The translations under genes and the position numbers were made by a program. Positions 37,562 to 45,739 of a stretch of 64,000 bases of DNA are shown one piece after another (within the stretch, counting starts at the first letter, position 1; every line of letters begins with the position of its first letter). The notes beneath the pieces are model-generated. The model did not search any database and was not told where the DNA came from. It was given only the letters and a program-made list of their open reading frames with translations. The DNA comes from a virus: IMG/VR virus record IMGVR_UViG_3300009503_000027, positions 16,835 through 80,834 of that record; one strand, 5' to 3'.

Positions 37562-39387
37562 AAGTATCCCTCGCTGAAAATCGCCGCGTCACCTACAGAG
37601 TCTACCCATTCGCGGAGCTCCCAAAACGTGTCATCGTAATCATCACAATCCGCCAGTTCGCACAAATGTTCGACCGCGGCGGATATCGTCCACGGGCCGA
37701 GATCCTTCGTCGCGGCCTTCTCGGCCCAATAGTGTATCAGCGTGCGGACCGAAGCACTATGACCTGCATAATACGGTACCCGGTCTTGCCAATCCTCTTC
37801 GGGGGCCCACTTCGCGCTGCGTCGAACTAATGTTCGACGCGCGGCGAGTATATACTTGACCATGCGATATACGTGCCGGCACTTCCCACCGAAGGCGCGG
37901 CAATGACACGCACCGGCGGCACCAAGACGTAGGTAGCAATGACGAGGTAGGTAGCGTACCCTCTGGTACATCAGTAGGTCCGCAAAGGGGCAGCCCCAAT
38001 CCGGTAAGCTGCCATCATCATCCAGTACCCACTTAGCCATGAACCGGGCCTCTGCCAACGGTAGGGGTTGACGCCCAACGGAACGGTGAGGCCCGGCCGT
38101 TGCGCCCCCCGGTGCCCCTCCCAACCCCCGGCGGCATGTACTTACCAACCCCTCTAAACATACGGGGACGTCAGTCCCCGATAGTGCACGATCACTTGTG
38201 TGCTCTAGGACTGTTTTTTCTGTTCTATTATTACCCACGTCCCGGTGGGCTCCCACGCGACTATAATTAACCCCTAAACTACTCTTTAAATACGTATTGG
38301 TCAATACAGTATAGTAGGTCTTTTTTGGTTGCTGTCGTGATTGGGAGACCAAAGAAAAGAGCGGGTTCCATTGCCACCGGGCGTATTCCTCCTCACGTTC
38401 TGCCAGGGCCAGCCGCAAGGGCATGTCCGTTGCGATATGGAAGAGCATGTTCTGTACGCGGCACATGTAGGGGGAGGAGATGTCGACTGCCGCCCGTGGC
38501 AAGCCTATCCCGTAGGCGGTCCGTTCCTTCGGGAGGGGTATCGGCTGGTATTGCCTCTTAGGCCTGTGCGGGAAGGCATCGTAGCGGAGTTTGCGGCAGC
38601 GGGCGGCAAGAACCTGAGCAGGCCGGTGGCCGCTCAGCGCGGGGCACTCGCCGGAAGATGGGGCGGGGGAGGTTCCCGCCACGGAGGACCCACGGGAGGG
38701 GGATGGGTCCTGAACGACGCGTTGCCGGCGCCGCCGCCGCAACTCCAAAGATTCCTTCTTCATCTTACGAGCCTGCTCTTTGACCTCCTGGGGGAGGTTC
38801 TCTAGCCGGCTCCTGCGCCTTTCATACCAACCCCGGTCGTAAAGGGGCTTTGGGCCCTTGTTGATCCAGTAGGCGTACCGCTTGCGCCCCGTGATGGGGT
38901 TGGTGACGCGTTCCCTATGCAGATAGCCCCGGTTGGTGAGCTTGAGCAGTATAAGCCGGGCCGCCTTGACTGGTATGTTAAGGTAGTCTGCCACCCGGGC
39001 GGCAGTACAGTAATTCTTCTTGCTAAGGAAGCGAACCGATATGTAGACTGCCGCCGTGCAGCCGCGTAGCCCCGGTGGCCGGGTGGGCTTCTTCCGGCGC
39101 CTGTAGAAACGTGCACGCCAGTTGAGACACACAGGCTCTTGTAAAGGAGCGTCGCATTCTACCTGTTCCGGCGGCAAGACCTCATACTGTGTCTTCTGGG
39201 CATGTATGCGCTTAGTGCCGCTGATGACACCTTGCTTCTTTAGACGCTTGAAGGCGTATTCTGCCTCCGACTTCGAGACACCTAGGTACCGCGCACAGTC
39301 CCGTATGGAGGGCTGGTCGTGCAGCAACGTGAATAGAAGCTGATAAACTTGCGCATCAATACCCTGTAGGTAGATTTTATCGCTCAC
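37531..39387 (-). CDS. Putative replication initiator-like protein with two winged-HTH domains
   Basis: PSIRDCARYLGVSKS...FKRLKKQGVI and TAARVADYLNIP...LTNRGYL; AT-rich internal segment. Confidence 0.5.
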   Translation of the reverse strand: MSDKIYLQGIDAQVYQLLFTLLHDQPSIRDCARYLGVSKSEAEYAFKRLKKQGVISGTKRIHAQKTQYEVLPPEQVECDAPLQEPVCLNWRARFYRRRKKPTRPPGLRGCTAAVYISVRFLSKKNYCTAARVADYLNIPVKAARLILLKLTNRGYLHRERVTNPITGRKRYAYWINKGPKPLYDRGWYERRRSRLENLPQEVKEQARKMKKESLELRRRRRQRVVQDPSPSRGSSVAGTSPAPSSGECPALSGHRPAQVLAARCRKLRYDAFPHRPKRQYQPIPLPKERTAYGIGLPRAAVDISSPYMCRVQNMLFHIATDMPLRLALAEREEEYARWQWNPLFSLVSQSRQQPKKTYYTVLTNTYLKSSLGVNYSRVGAHRDVGNNRTEKTVLEHTSDRALSGTDVPVCLEGLVSTCRRGLGGAPGGATAGPHRSVGRQPLPLAEARFMAKWVLDDDGSLPDWGCPFADLLMYQRVRYLPRHCYLRLGAAGACHCRAFGGKCRHVYRMVKYILAARRTLVRRSAKWAPEEDWQDRVPYYAGHSASVRTLIHYWAEKAATKDLGPWTISAAVEHLCELADCDDYDDTFWELREWVDSVGDAAIFSEGYLWKTSPGGTK

Positions 39388-39390
39388 ATC

Positions 39391-39855
39391 CTACCGCCCC
39401 TCAAGGAAGGCTTGTTGTTCCTCCGGCGGCAATGCCAAGAACCGCCGGATTATCTCGCGTAGCAAGTCCGTTGTATGGACTGGCCCCGCGTCTATGAATT
39501 CTATCATAGTGCCGAGTTCTATGCAAGTACTTTTTTCTGGAATATTTTTGCCCTTCCAGTCGGCGCCCTTGACGAACACATCCGGCCGGAGGCGTCGTAT
39601 AAGCTCAGTGGGCGTAGGCTCTTCGAAGATGATTACATCTGCCACGGCACGGTGGGCACTGAGGGCTGCTGCCCGCGCCTCTGCAGGGAGGCAAGCATAC
39701 CACTTCAACCGGCGGGTGACTTCATCGCCATTGATGCCTACCAGGAGGTCATGCTCGGGATAAAGGGCACTAATCGTGCTTAGTAGCGCAAAGTGATGTG
39801 CGGTGGGCAATGCGAACACCCCGGTTGTAAGAACCCTTTTACGGCCTGTCATCAT
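39391..39855 (-). CDS. RfaE domain II / HldC-like heptose-1-phosphate nucleotidyltransferase (cytidylyltransferase fold)
   Basis: LLVGINGDEVTRRLK and IFEEPTPTELIRRLRPDVFVKGADW; HIGH motif altered to TAHH. Confidence 0.75.
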   Translation of the reverse strand: MMTGRKRVLTTGVFALPTAHHFALLSTISALYPEHDLLVGINGDEVTRRLKWYACLPAEARAAALSAHRAVADVIIFEEPTPTELIRRLRPDVFVKGADWKGKNIPEKSTCIELGTMIEFIDAGPVHTTDLLREIIRRFLALPPEEQQAFLEGR

Positions 39856-40027
39856 AGATGCTCCATGAGTGCAGTTGGGGAGAGCCCCCGGCTGCTGGGC
39901 AGTAGATGGGGCGCGCATTATGTTGTCTGCGGGGGACTCTCCCCGTGTCATTCCAGGTGTCCGCGTTGACTAAAAGCGTTTGGACGCGAAATGCGCCCGA
40001 AGAACGGCGTTACCACGCCGGTTCTTC

Positions 40028-40378
40028 CTAGTCCCAACCCCTGCAGCCACAATAGAAGCCATCGTATTCGGCGGGGCCGCGGGGCACAAAATGGTCGCAG
40101 TACTTGTTGGGATGGGCCTCGATGTACATGCCACATTTGCACTTCTTTGTTGCGTATGGGCTGCCCGGCCCGCGCCACTCGAAGAATGGCAGGTCGAAGC
40201 TACTTGGGCGCAGCTTGCCGCAGTACTTGCATTGGGCCTGCCGGCCACTAAGATCCGGAAGCTCTGCTACCTCCATTGCGCCCGAGTCAAGCCCTAGGCA
40301 GATTGGGCATGCCGGCCGGCCTGTCTTCGTGTCGGTGGCTATCCCAAGGTGGCCACATTTCATCATCGGTGCTATCAT
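40028..40378 (-). CDS. Cys-rich zinc-binding protein
   Basis: CGH, CPIC, CKYC, CKCG and YCGCRGWD. Confidence 0.6.
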   Translation of the reverse strand: MIAPMMKCGHLGIATDTKTGRPACPICLGLDSGAMEVAELPDLSGRQAQCKYCGKLRPSSFDLPFFEWRGPGSPYATKKCKCGMYIEAHPNKYCDHFVPRGPAEYDGFYCGCRGWD

Positions 40379-40399
40379 TGTACCGTCTCCTCTGCCCTA

Positions 40400-40434
40400 G
40401 GGGGAGAGGGGAATGGGCCACTCTCCTCTCCCCC
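40400..40434. terminator. GC-rich hairpin
   Basis: GGGGGAGAGG...CCTCTCCCCC inverted repeat between genes. Confidence 0.4.
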
Positions 40435-40473
40435 ATTAGGCTTCCTATCACTTCTAGGGTTATTATACCCAAC

Positions 40474-41550
40474 TTAGCGCCGAACATGCACACTATGTTT
40501 GTCTACGCCTAGCCAAATGCTGATAGCCCCCAGGTCTGCAGGGGGCAAGCCCATCTCCGCTGGATAGCCCCTGTGCTTGAGAAAGGATGGTAACAATACC
40601 CTGTGTTGGCCATAGGCTACTACGAGGCCCTGTTCGTTGGGGCCGAAGCGGATGTCGCGCCAAGCCATCTCTTGATGCAAGTGCCCCACCGTCACGATAT
40701 CTGCGTTTGTGGTTGCAGCTATCCGGTCGGCACGGGAGACTTTTGCGCCCCGCGTCTGGGAAGCTCCCGCCCCATGATGGTGGTAATGGGTGTACATCTG
40801 CTTGACCTTGCCATTGATGATTAGCTTATATGTGAGATGGCCCTCGTAGCCCCAGAAAGGCAGGCCGAGCCGGTTGGCAAGCTCCTCCGAAGGATCCAGG
40901 TTTGCTTGTAAGAGGCGTGTGATGCGGCGGTCGTGGTTTCCTGTGAAGATGGCGATACCCTGGCTGGTGATAGGCCGTAGCCGCATGGTTAGTAGGTCTA
41001 GGGCTTCATTGAGTTCGCAGAACTGTTCGCGTAGGAGGCCTGGGCTTCCTGTTGTGGCCAGGTCGAAGTTGTCCCCGCCCAGGAACCATCGTGCTGTTGG
41101 GGTAGCGGCTATCCATTCCACCAGTTCGACGAACCGCTTGTAGTCGCAGTGCTTGCTGCCCAGATGTAGGTCTGAGATGGGAACGAGGCAGACTTCCTTT
41201 GTCCCACGGGGCACTTTCCATTCATATTCCAGGACTCTTTCTTGGGCTTCTGATTGTTCGAGGTACTCCGCATCGAGGTCTTCCACCGTGCGTGCATCCG
41301 AGAAACGCTCGTTGCGCTGGAACATTATGGACTTCCGCCCTGTATGCTTCCCATGGCAGCCTAGCCCCAGCTTCCGGAAACAGTGCTGCATTGTGGAGGG
41401 CGAGAGGCCCACCCATTCGGCGGCAAGTTTAGCATTCCCATGGAAGCGCTGATGGAGAAGCAAGCCGCCTATCTCGTAGCCTCCTAGCATCTGCCATACT
41501 TGCCCCCCAACCCCGCGTAGTGCATCCCAATCTATCTTGTCGGCTTTCAT
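40474..41550 (-). CDS. Calcineurin-like metallophosphoesterase with N-terminal HTH-like domain
   Basis: SDLHLG, GGDNFD, GNHD, HHG and GHLH motifs; GNAKLAAEWVGLSPSTM HTH-like segment. Confidence 0.8.
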   Translation of the reverse strand: MKADKIDWDALRGVGGQVWQMLGGYEIGGLLLHQRFHGNAKLAAEWVGLSPSTMQHCFRKLGLGCHGKHTGRKSIMFQRNERFSDARTVEDLDAEYLEQSEAQERVLEYEWKVPRGTKEVCLVPISDLHLGSKHCDYKRFVELVEWIAATPTARWFLGGDNFDLATTGSPGLLREQFCELNEALDLLTMRLRPITSQGIAIFTGNHDRRITRLLQANLDPSEELANRLGLPFWGYEGHLTYKLIINGKVKQMYTHYHHHGAGASQTRGAKVSRADRIAATTNADIVTVGHLHQEMAWRDIRFGPNEQGLVVAYGQHRVLLPSFLKHRGYPAEMGLPPADLGAISIWLGVDKHSVHVRR

Positions 41551-42497
41551 GGCTCTACCTCGGCGGCAAGATCTTCCTTATTATACCCCGCTTCGCTATC
41601 GGATACACTATCCCATAGGCTGAGCTGGCCAACTTTCTCCTGTGCTGTTTGTGGGTCAATCCATAGGGATTCTATTCGGGGCTGCATGGTTGATCTTGCC
41701 CCGTTGCCCCGGATACCGGTGGCCCTTGTACAAGCTGCTGCTAAGCACGTCCTATTGAAGTCAAGGCGTACCCACCCGGCCTCTTCCAGGGGAGCATAGA
41801 CCTCGTGCTTGTATCCCGACAAGGCAAACTTCCCCGGTAACCCTAGGATAGTGCGAACAAGCTCTGCATGGTCCTCCACCGTCATTTCGTGCATATATAC
41901 ATCGGGCGACCGTCGGACATCGGGGACGTATGGTGGGTCAAGATAACAGAACGAGTGCGGAGAACAGTATTGTTGCAAGACTTCAATGGCGGGACGCGAC
42001 TCTATGTGCGCTCCATGGAGGCGGGAGGCACATGCGGGCAATACCCTAATCGTGCTCAACAGACGTGCACAGGTGCCAGCCATGTGGCGGGAGGTAGTCT
42101 CAACTGCAAGCGACCAGCTGGCCCCCCAGTAGCCCGAAAAGGACTGCTTGGCAACTACCCACCAACGCCACGCCCTACGCACTGGGTCAGTTTCGTTGTT
42201 CCATTCGCGGCGGCACTCCTCATACAGTTCCCGGCTGTGTAAGGTGAAGTATGCTAGATGCATAAACTCATCCGGGTGATCGCGTAGGACACGAAAGAAT
42301 TCCACCAAGGGCTGGTGGATATCATTGATGACCTCGAAGCGGGCTGGTGCTTTAGCAAAAAACAGGGCGGCAGAACCACAGAATGGCTCAATGTATACAT
42401 CATGGGCTGGCATCAATGAAAGCAGTTGTCGCAGGAAGGGCGTTTTGCCGCCATACCAGAAGAATGGCGCTGGTATCCTTGGTCCATTACTGGTCAT
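41547..42497 (-). CDS. DNA adenine methyltransferase (Dam/D12 family), copy 1
   Basis: WYGGK, YIEPFCGSA, INDI and YLDPPY. Confidence 0.9.
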   Translation of the reverse strand: MTSNGPRIPAPFFWYGGKTPFLRQLLSLMPAHDVYIEPFCGSAALFFAKAPARFEVINDIHQPLVEFFRVLRDHPDEFMHLAYFTLHSRELYEECRREWNNETDPVRRAWRWWVVAKQSFSGYWGASWSLAVETTSRHMAGTCARLLSTIRVLPACASRLHGAHIESRPAIEVLQQYCSPHSFCYLDPPYVPDVRRSPDVYMHEMTVEDHAELVRTILGLPGKFALSGYKHEVYAPLEEAGWVRLDFNRTCLAAACTRATGIRGNGARSTMQPRIESLWIDPQTAQEKVGQLSLWDSVSDSEAGYNKEDLAAEVEP

Positions 42498-43378
42498 GCC
42501 TCTTCTCCTATTAATTGCGTCTGTGCCCGGACCAGCTTGGCAGTTTCGGGGTCAAGCCAGACGGACTCAACCCGCGCTTGTTTTTCCAAGACAGTGCCGT
42601 CGCCCAGGAGCCCCGTTCGGCGCGACCGTGCGGCGGCATAGCATCCCGTGGGGAAGTCTATCCGTACCCATCCTGCCTCTTCCAATGGTTTGTATACTTC
42701 GTGGTTATATCCTGATAGCATGAAGCGCCCAGGCAAGGATAAGAGGACCTCAACTAATTCTTTATGCTCTTCTACAGACATTTCGTGGTCATATACGGTA
42801 CTACTGCGGCGTGTGTCAGGAATATATGGCGGGTCGCAGTAGCAGAACGAGTTTGGTGTGCAGTATTGCTGCATGACTTTGATAGCGGGGCCGCACTCTA
42901 TCTGGGTACGTTTGAGACGCTCTACACAATCGGGCAGGTGTTCAACTGCTGAAAGCAGAGCACTACAGGACATCGCCATGCCACGGCGTGATAATGTGAT
43001 GTTAGATCTCCATCCTGCTCCCCAGTTGCCGGAGAAGGACTGGCGCGCCACTACCCACCAGCGCCATGCTTTGCGGACCGGGTCTGTTTCTTCGCGCCAT
43101 TTGGCCCTGCATTCTTCGAATAACTCGCGGCTATGGATTGTCAGCCTGGCGAGTTCTATGAACTCTTGGGGATAATCGCGGAGAACCCGGAAGAACTCCA
43201 TCACGGCATGGTCAATGTCGTTAATGGTTTCAACCAGGGCCGGCTCCTTGGCAAAGAAGAGTGCTCCACTGCCAAAGTACGGTTCAACATACTCCCTGTG
43301 TGGGGGCACTAGGCGTAGTAGCCTTCCTATCATGTTGCCTTTACCTCCGTAGCGGCAAATGGGCGAGTGCAAGTGCAT
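42494..43378 (-). CDS. DNA adenine methyltransferase (Dam/D12 family), copy 2
   Basis: RYGGK, YVEPYFGSGA and YCDPPY. Confidence 0.9.
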   Translation of the reverse strand: MHLHSPICRYGGKGNMIGRLLRLVPPHREYVEPYFGSGALFFAKEPALVETINDIDHAVMEFFRVLRDYPQEFIELARLTIHSRELFEECRAKWREETDPVRKAWRWWVVARQSFSGNWGAGWRSNITLSRRGMAMSCSALLSAVEHLPDCVERLKRTQIECGPAIKVMQQYCTPNSFCYCDPPYIPDTRRSSTVYDHEMSVEEHKELVEVLLSLPGRFMLSGYNHEVYKPLEEAGWVRIDFPTGCYAAARSRRTGLLGDGTVLEKQARVESVWLDPETAKLVRAQTQLIGEEA

Positions 43379-43388
43379 GTTCGGTTGC

Positions 43389-43679
43389 TCACCTTAGGGA
43401 CTCTAGCGTAATGCGTGGCCTAAGATGCAATGCGGCGGCTATCTTGGCGATGGTCATTATGCTACATCGCCTGCCGCGCAGTATTCCACGGATTCCCCTA
43501 GGATTTTCGCCTATCCGGGTGGCAAGATCCTCAATACTCATCTGCCTATCTTGGAGGTGCTTCAGTATTTCTTCTGCCAATGACAGGACTAGGCATTCAG
43601 CTATGTATTCCGGATCGTGCTGTAATTCCCGGATATGCTCTTCTACTGTCCGCACAGTACGCCCCCCTAGAAGCGGCAT
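43389..43679 (-). CDS. XRE-type HTH protein
   Basis: MSIEDLATRIG...SIMTIAKIAAAL. Confidence 0.7.
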   Translation of the reverse strand: MPLLGGRTVRTVEEHIRELQHDPEYIAECLVLSLAEEILKHLQDRQMSIEDLATRIGENPRGIRGILRGRRCSIMTIAKIAAALHLRPRITLESLR

Positions 43680-43681
43680 TC

Positions 43682-44257
43682 TTACTTGAGCCGGATTGTG
43701 CCCTGCCGGCTTCTGTCTGTTATCCAGACATGGATGCTAAAGCCCCGGATACCTAGGTCAGACAGGAGTGCCTGTACATGCATTGCCTCATCGCCACGGT
43801 AAAGATCGAATAGGATATATCCTTCGTGCCCGCAAGAGCCAGTAGTATTTATACCCTCATTGCGGAGAGCGTAAACCACCGGCCGGATGCATTCGTCTAT
43901 TGCCTGGTAGAAGGACGTTTCGGGCGGCGTGGGCAATGGTCTACTTCCCGCAACTACCTCAATCCCACATGCACGGAGCTTTTGTACCATCTGTTGTTGG
44001 CGCACGGCTTCTCTTACATCCTGCAGGTATGCTTTGGTCGCCGGGGCAGAGTCCAGCCAGTCTGCCCCTTCCCAGGTTACCCAACTTGCAAAGTGGCATA
44101 GGAAATGTTCAGCCGGCCAAGCCTCCTCGAGGGTGCGCGCCTGGCGAAGAGCAAAGTCGGCAAAACTTTGTGCTATCTGGTGGCAAGCTCCTTGCCTCAC
44201 GGCGAAGCTGTAAAGCTCGCTTCTCAATACGTCCCATGTTGTTGATGGGCCAACCAT
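43682..44257 (-). CDS. Hypothetical protein
   Basis: 191 aa with IDECIRPVVYALRNEGINTTGSCGH motif. Confidence 0.55.
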   Translation of the reverse strand: MVGPSTTWDVLRSELYSFAVRQGACHQIAQSFADFALRQARTLEEAWPAEHFLCHFASWVTWEGADWLDSAPATKAYLQDVREAVRQQQMVQKLRACGIEVVAGSRPLPTPPETSFYQAIDECIRPVVYALRNEGINTTGSCGHEGYILFDLYRGDEAMHVQALLSDLGIRGFSIHVWITDRSRQGTIRLK

Positions 44258-44314
44258 TACTGTTGTGCTTTTCCCCTGTGCCTCTTGGTCATTAGGGCGC
44301 CCCTCATGCTGTTA

Positions 44315-44391
44315 GGTGGAGGCGGCGGGAGTTGAACCCGCGTCCGGTGGCAAGCTCAATCCGCTTGCACATCGTCGAGCCCATCGCCCCC
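44315..44391 (-). ncRNA. Mini-tmRNA: tRNA-like domain only (ssrA-like, Ala identity)
   Basis: GGGGGCG/CGCCTCC acceptor stem with G3-U70, discriminator A plus CC, stemless D-loop ending TCGAC, GGAC before a perfect T-arm GCGGG-TTCAACT-CCCGC; helix 2 closed by a 7-nt loop; no tag ORF. Confidence 0.8.
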
Positions 44392-44784
44392 AACGAATGG
44401 TACATCTTCTATCTGCCTGTAGATGATTTTACCATGTTGCTGGGCATGTGCCAACTCCATGTCTGCTCCCTTTGAGGGAGCAAGATACAAAAGTGCATCC
44501 ACCATCTCAACTATCCGGAGGTCCATCCGCATGAAGTCTTCCCACTTAAGTTTATACCCAGAGAGAAGTGGCATCCAGCAAGTCATGCTATGAGGGACTA
44601 TGACTGCCCAGCCTTTCTGCATCAGCTGTACACCCGCGCGGACTGCCCTATATATGTTCCAGACCTGTTTGATGAAAGACAGGGGCCAGGGCCACCCGCG
44701 GCCCATGTATGGCCCTGCAATGTAAATGATTGGCAGTTTTCCCTGTTCTTGAGCGCACCCTAGCGGGGGGCGGCAGAATCTCAT
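44356..44784 (-). CDS. DUF1937/DUF4406-like (nucleoside deoxyribosyltransferase-like fold) protein
   Basis: IYIAGPY, VPHSM, WEDFMRMDL and SKGADMELAHA; RBS AGGAGGT before ATG 44784. Confidence 0.7.
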   Translation of the reverse strand: MRFCRPPLGCAQEQGKLPIIYIAGPYMGRGWPWPLSFIKQVWNIYRAVRAGVQLMQKGWAVIVPHSMTCWMPLLSGYKLKWEDFMRMDLRIVEMVDALLYLAPSKGADMELAHAQQHGKIIYRQIEDVPFVGGDGLDDVQAD

Positions 44785-44798
44785 TCGTACTTTACCTC

Positions 44799-45716
44799 CT
44801 ACAGTTCTGAGTGGCCGAACAACTTGCCACTTTGTATTCCTAGCTCTTTGGCTGTTCTGGGGTCGAGCCACACCGACTCGATGCGTGGCTGCATAGCCGT
44901 AGCGGCGCCCTTGCCTAGTATGCCGGTGCCGACTGTCCGGCCAGCCGCATGGCAGGCTGTCCGGAAGTCCACGCGTGCCCAGCCCGCCTCTTCTAGGCGG
45001 GCATACAGCGGATTGGCATACCCGGATAGTAAGACCTTCCCCTTGACCTCCCCTGACAGGAGGAAGTCAATAAGACGTACGTGGTCCTCCTCCGACATCT
45101 CATATGTGTACACTTTGGGTTGAATTCGCGTACTCGGCAGATATGGCGGGTCTAGATAGTGCAAGCAATCTGGCGTATCTGTCCGCATAACAGCCCTCTG
45201 CCAATCCGTGCAAGAAATCTGAACACCTTGTAAGCGCGCAACTACTTGCGGAAGGCTCTCTACGCAAGACAAGAGGCTGGCCACTCCTTTGGGCATTGCG
45301 CCAGCAGTTTGTGTGCGCGTATGTCCCCACGCTGCTCCCCAATTGGCCGCGAAGCTCATCCTTGCGACTACCCACCAGCGCCACGCCTTGCGGACAGGGT
45401 CTGTTTCTTCGCGCCATCTGGCCCGGCACTCGCGCCAGAGTGCTTCACTATACTCTGTGAGGGCGGCAAGTTGAATGAATTCCTCTCCGTGGTCGCGAAG
45501 CACGCGGAAAAACGTGGTCACGGCCTCATCTATGTCATTGATGGTTTCGTGGGGCGCCGGGGCCTTGGCGAAGAACAAGGAGCCGCCGCCAAAGAACGGT
45601 TCGCAGTATTGCTGATGAGAAGGCACCAGCCGTAGAAGTCTTCCCACCATGTTGCCCTTACCTCCACGGCGCTGGATGGGCGAGCGGAGCCGACGTTTCC
45701 TTTTGTCGGGTGCCAT
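44799..45716 (-). CDS. DNA adenine methyltransferase (Dam/D12 family), copy 3
   Basis: RRGGK, YCEPFFGGGS and YLDPPY. Confidence 0.9.
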   Translation of the reverse strand: MAPDKRKRRLRSPIQRRGGKGNMVGRLLRLVPSHQQYCEPFFGGGSLFFAKAPAPHETINDIDEAVTTFFRVLRDHGEEFIQLAALTEYSEALWRECRARWREETDPVRKAWRWWVVARMSFAANWGAAWGHTRTQTAGAMPKGVASLLSCVESLPQVVARLQGVQISCTDWQRAVMRTDTPDCLHYLDPPYLPSTRIQPKVYTYEMSEEDHVRLIDFLLSGEVKGKVLLSGYANPLYARLEEAGWARVDFRTACHAAGRTVGTGILGKGAATAMQPRIESVWLDPRTAKELGIQSGKLFGHSEL

Positions 45717-45739
45717 GCTTGCCCTCCTGTTATAGCGGC

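Noticed and set aside
44315-44345. 3' fragment of ssrA serving only as an attP core
   Set aside because: The matching 5' acceptor strand and D-loop are also present and pair perfectly, and the site is 5 kb from the integrase. A complete TLD explains it better, although dual use as attP is not excluded.
44315-44391. Canonical tRNA-Ala
   Set aside because: No D-stem can form, the loop GGATTGA is not a canonical anticodon loop with an Ala anticodon, and TCGAC/GGAC are tmRNA features.
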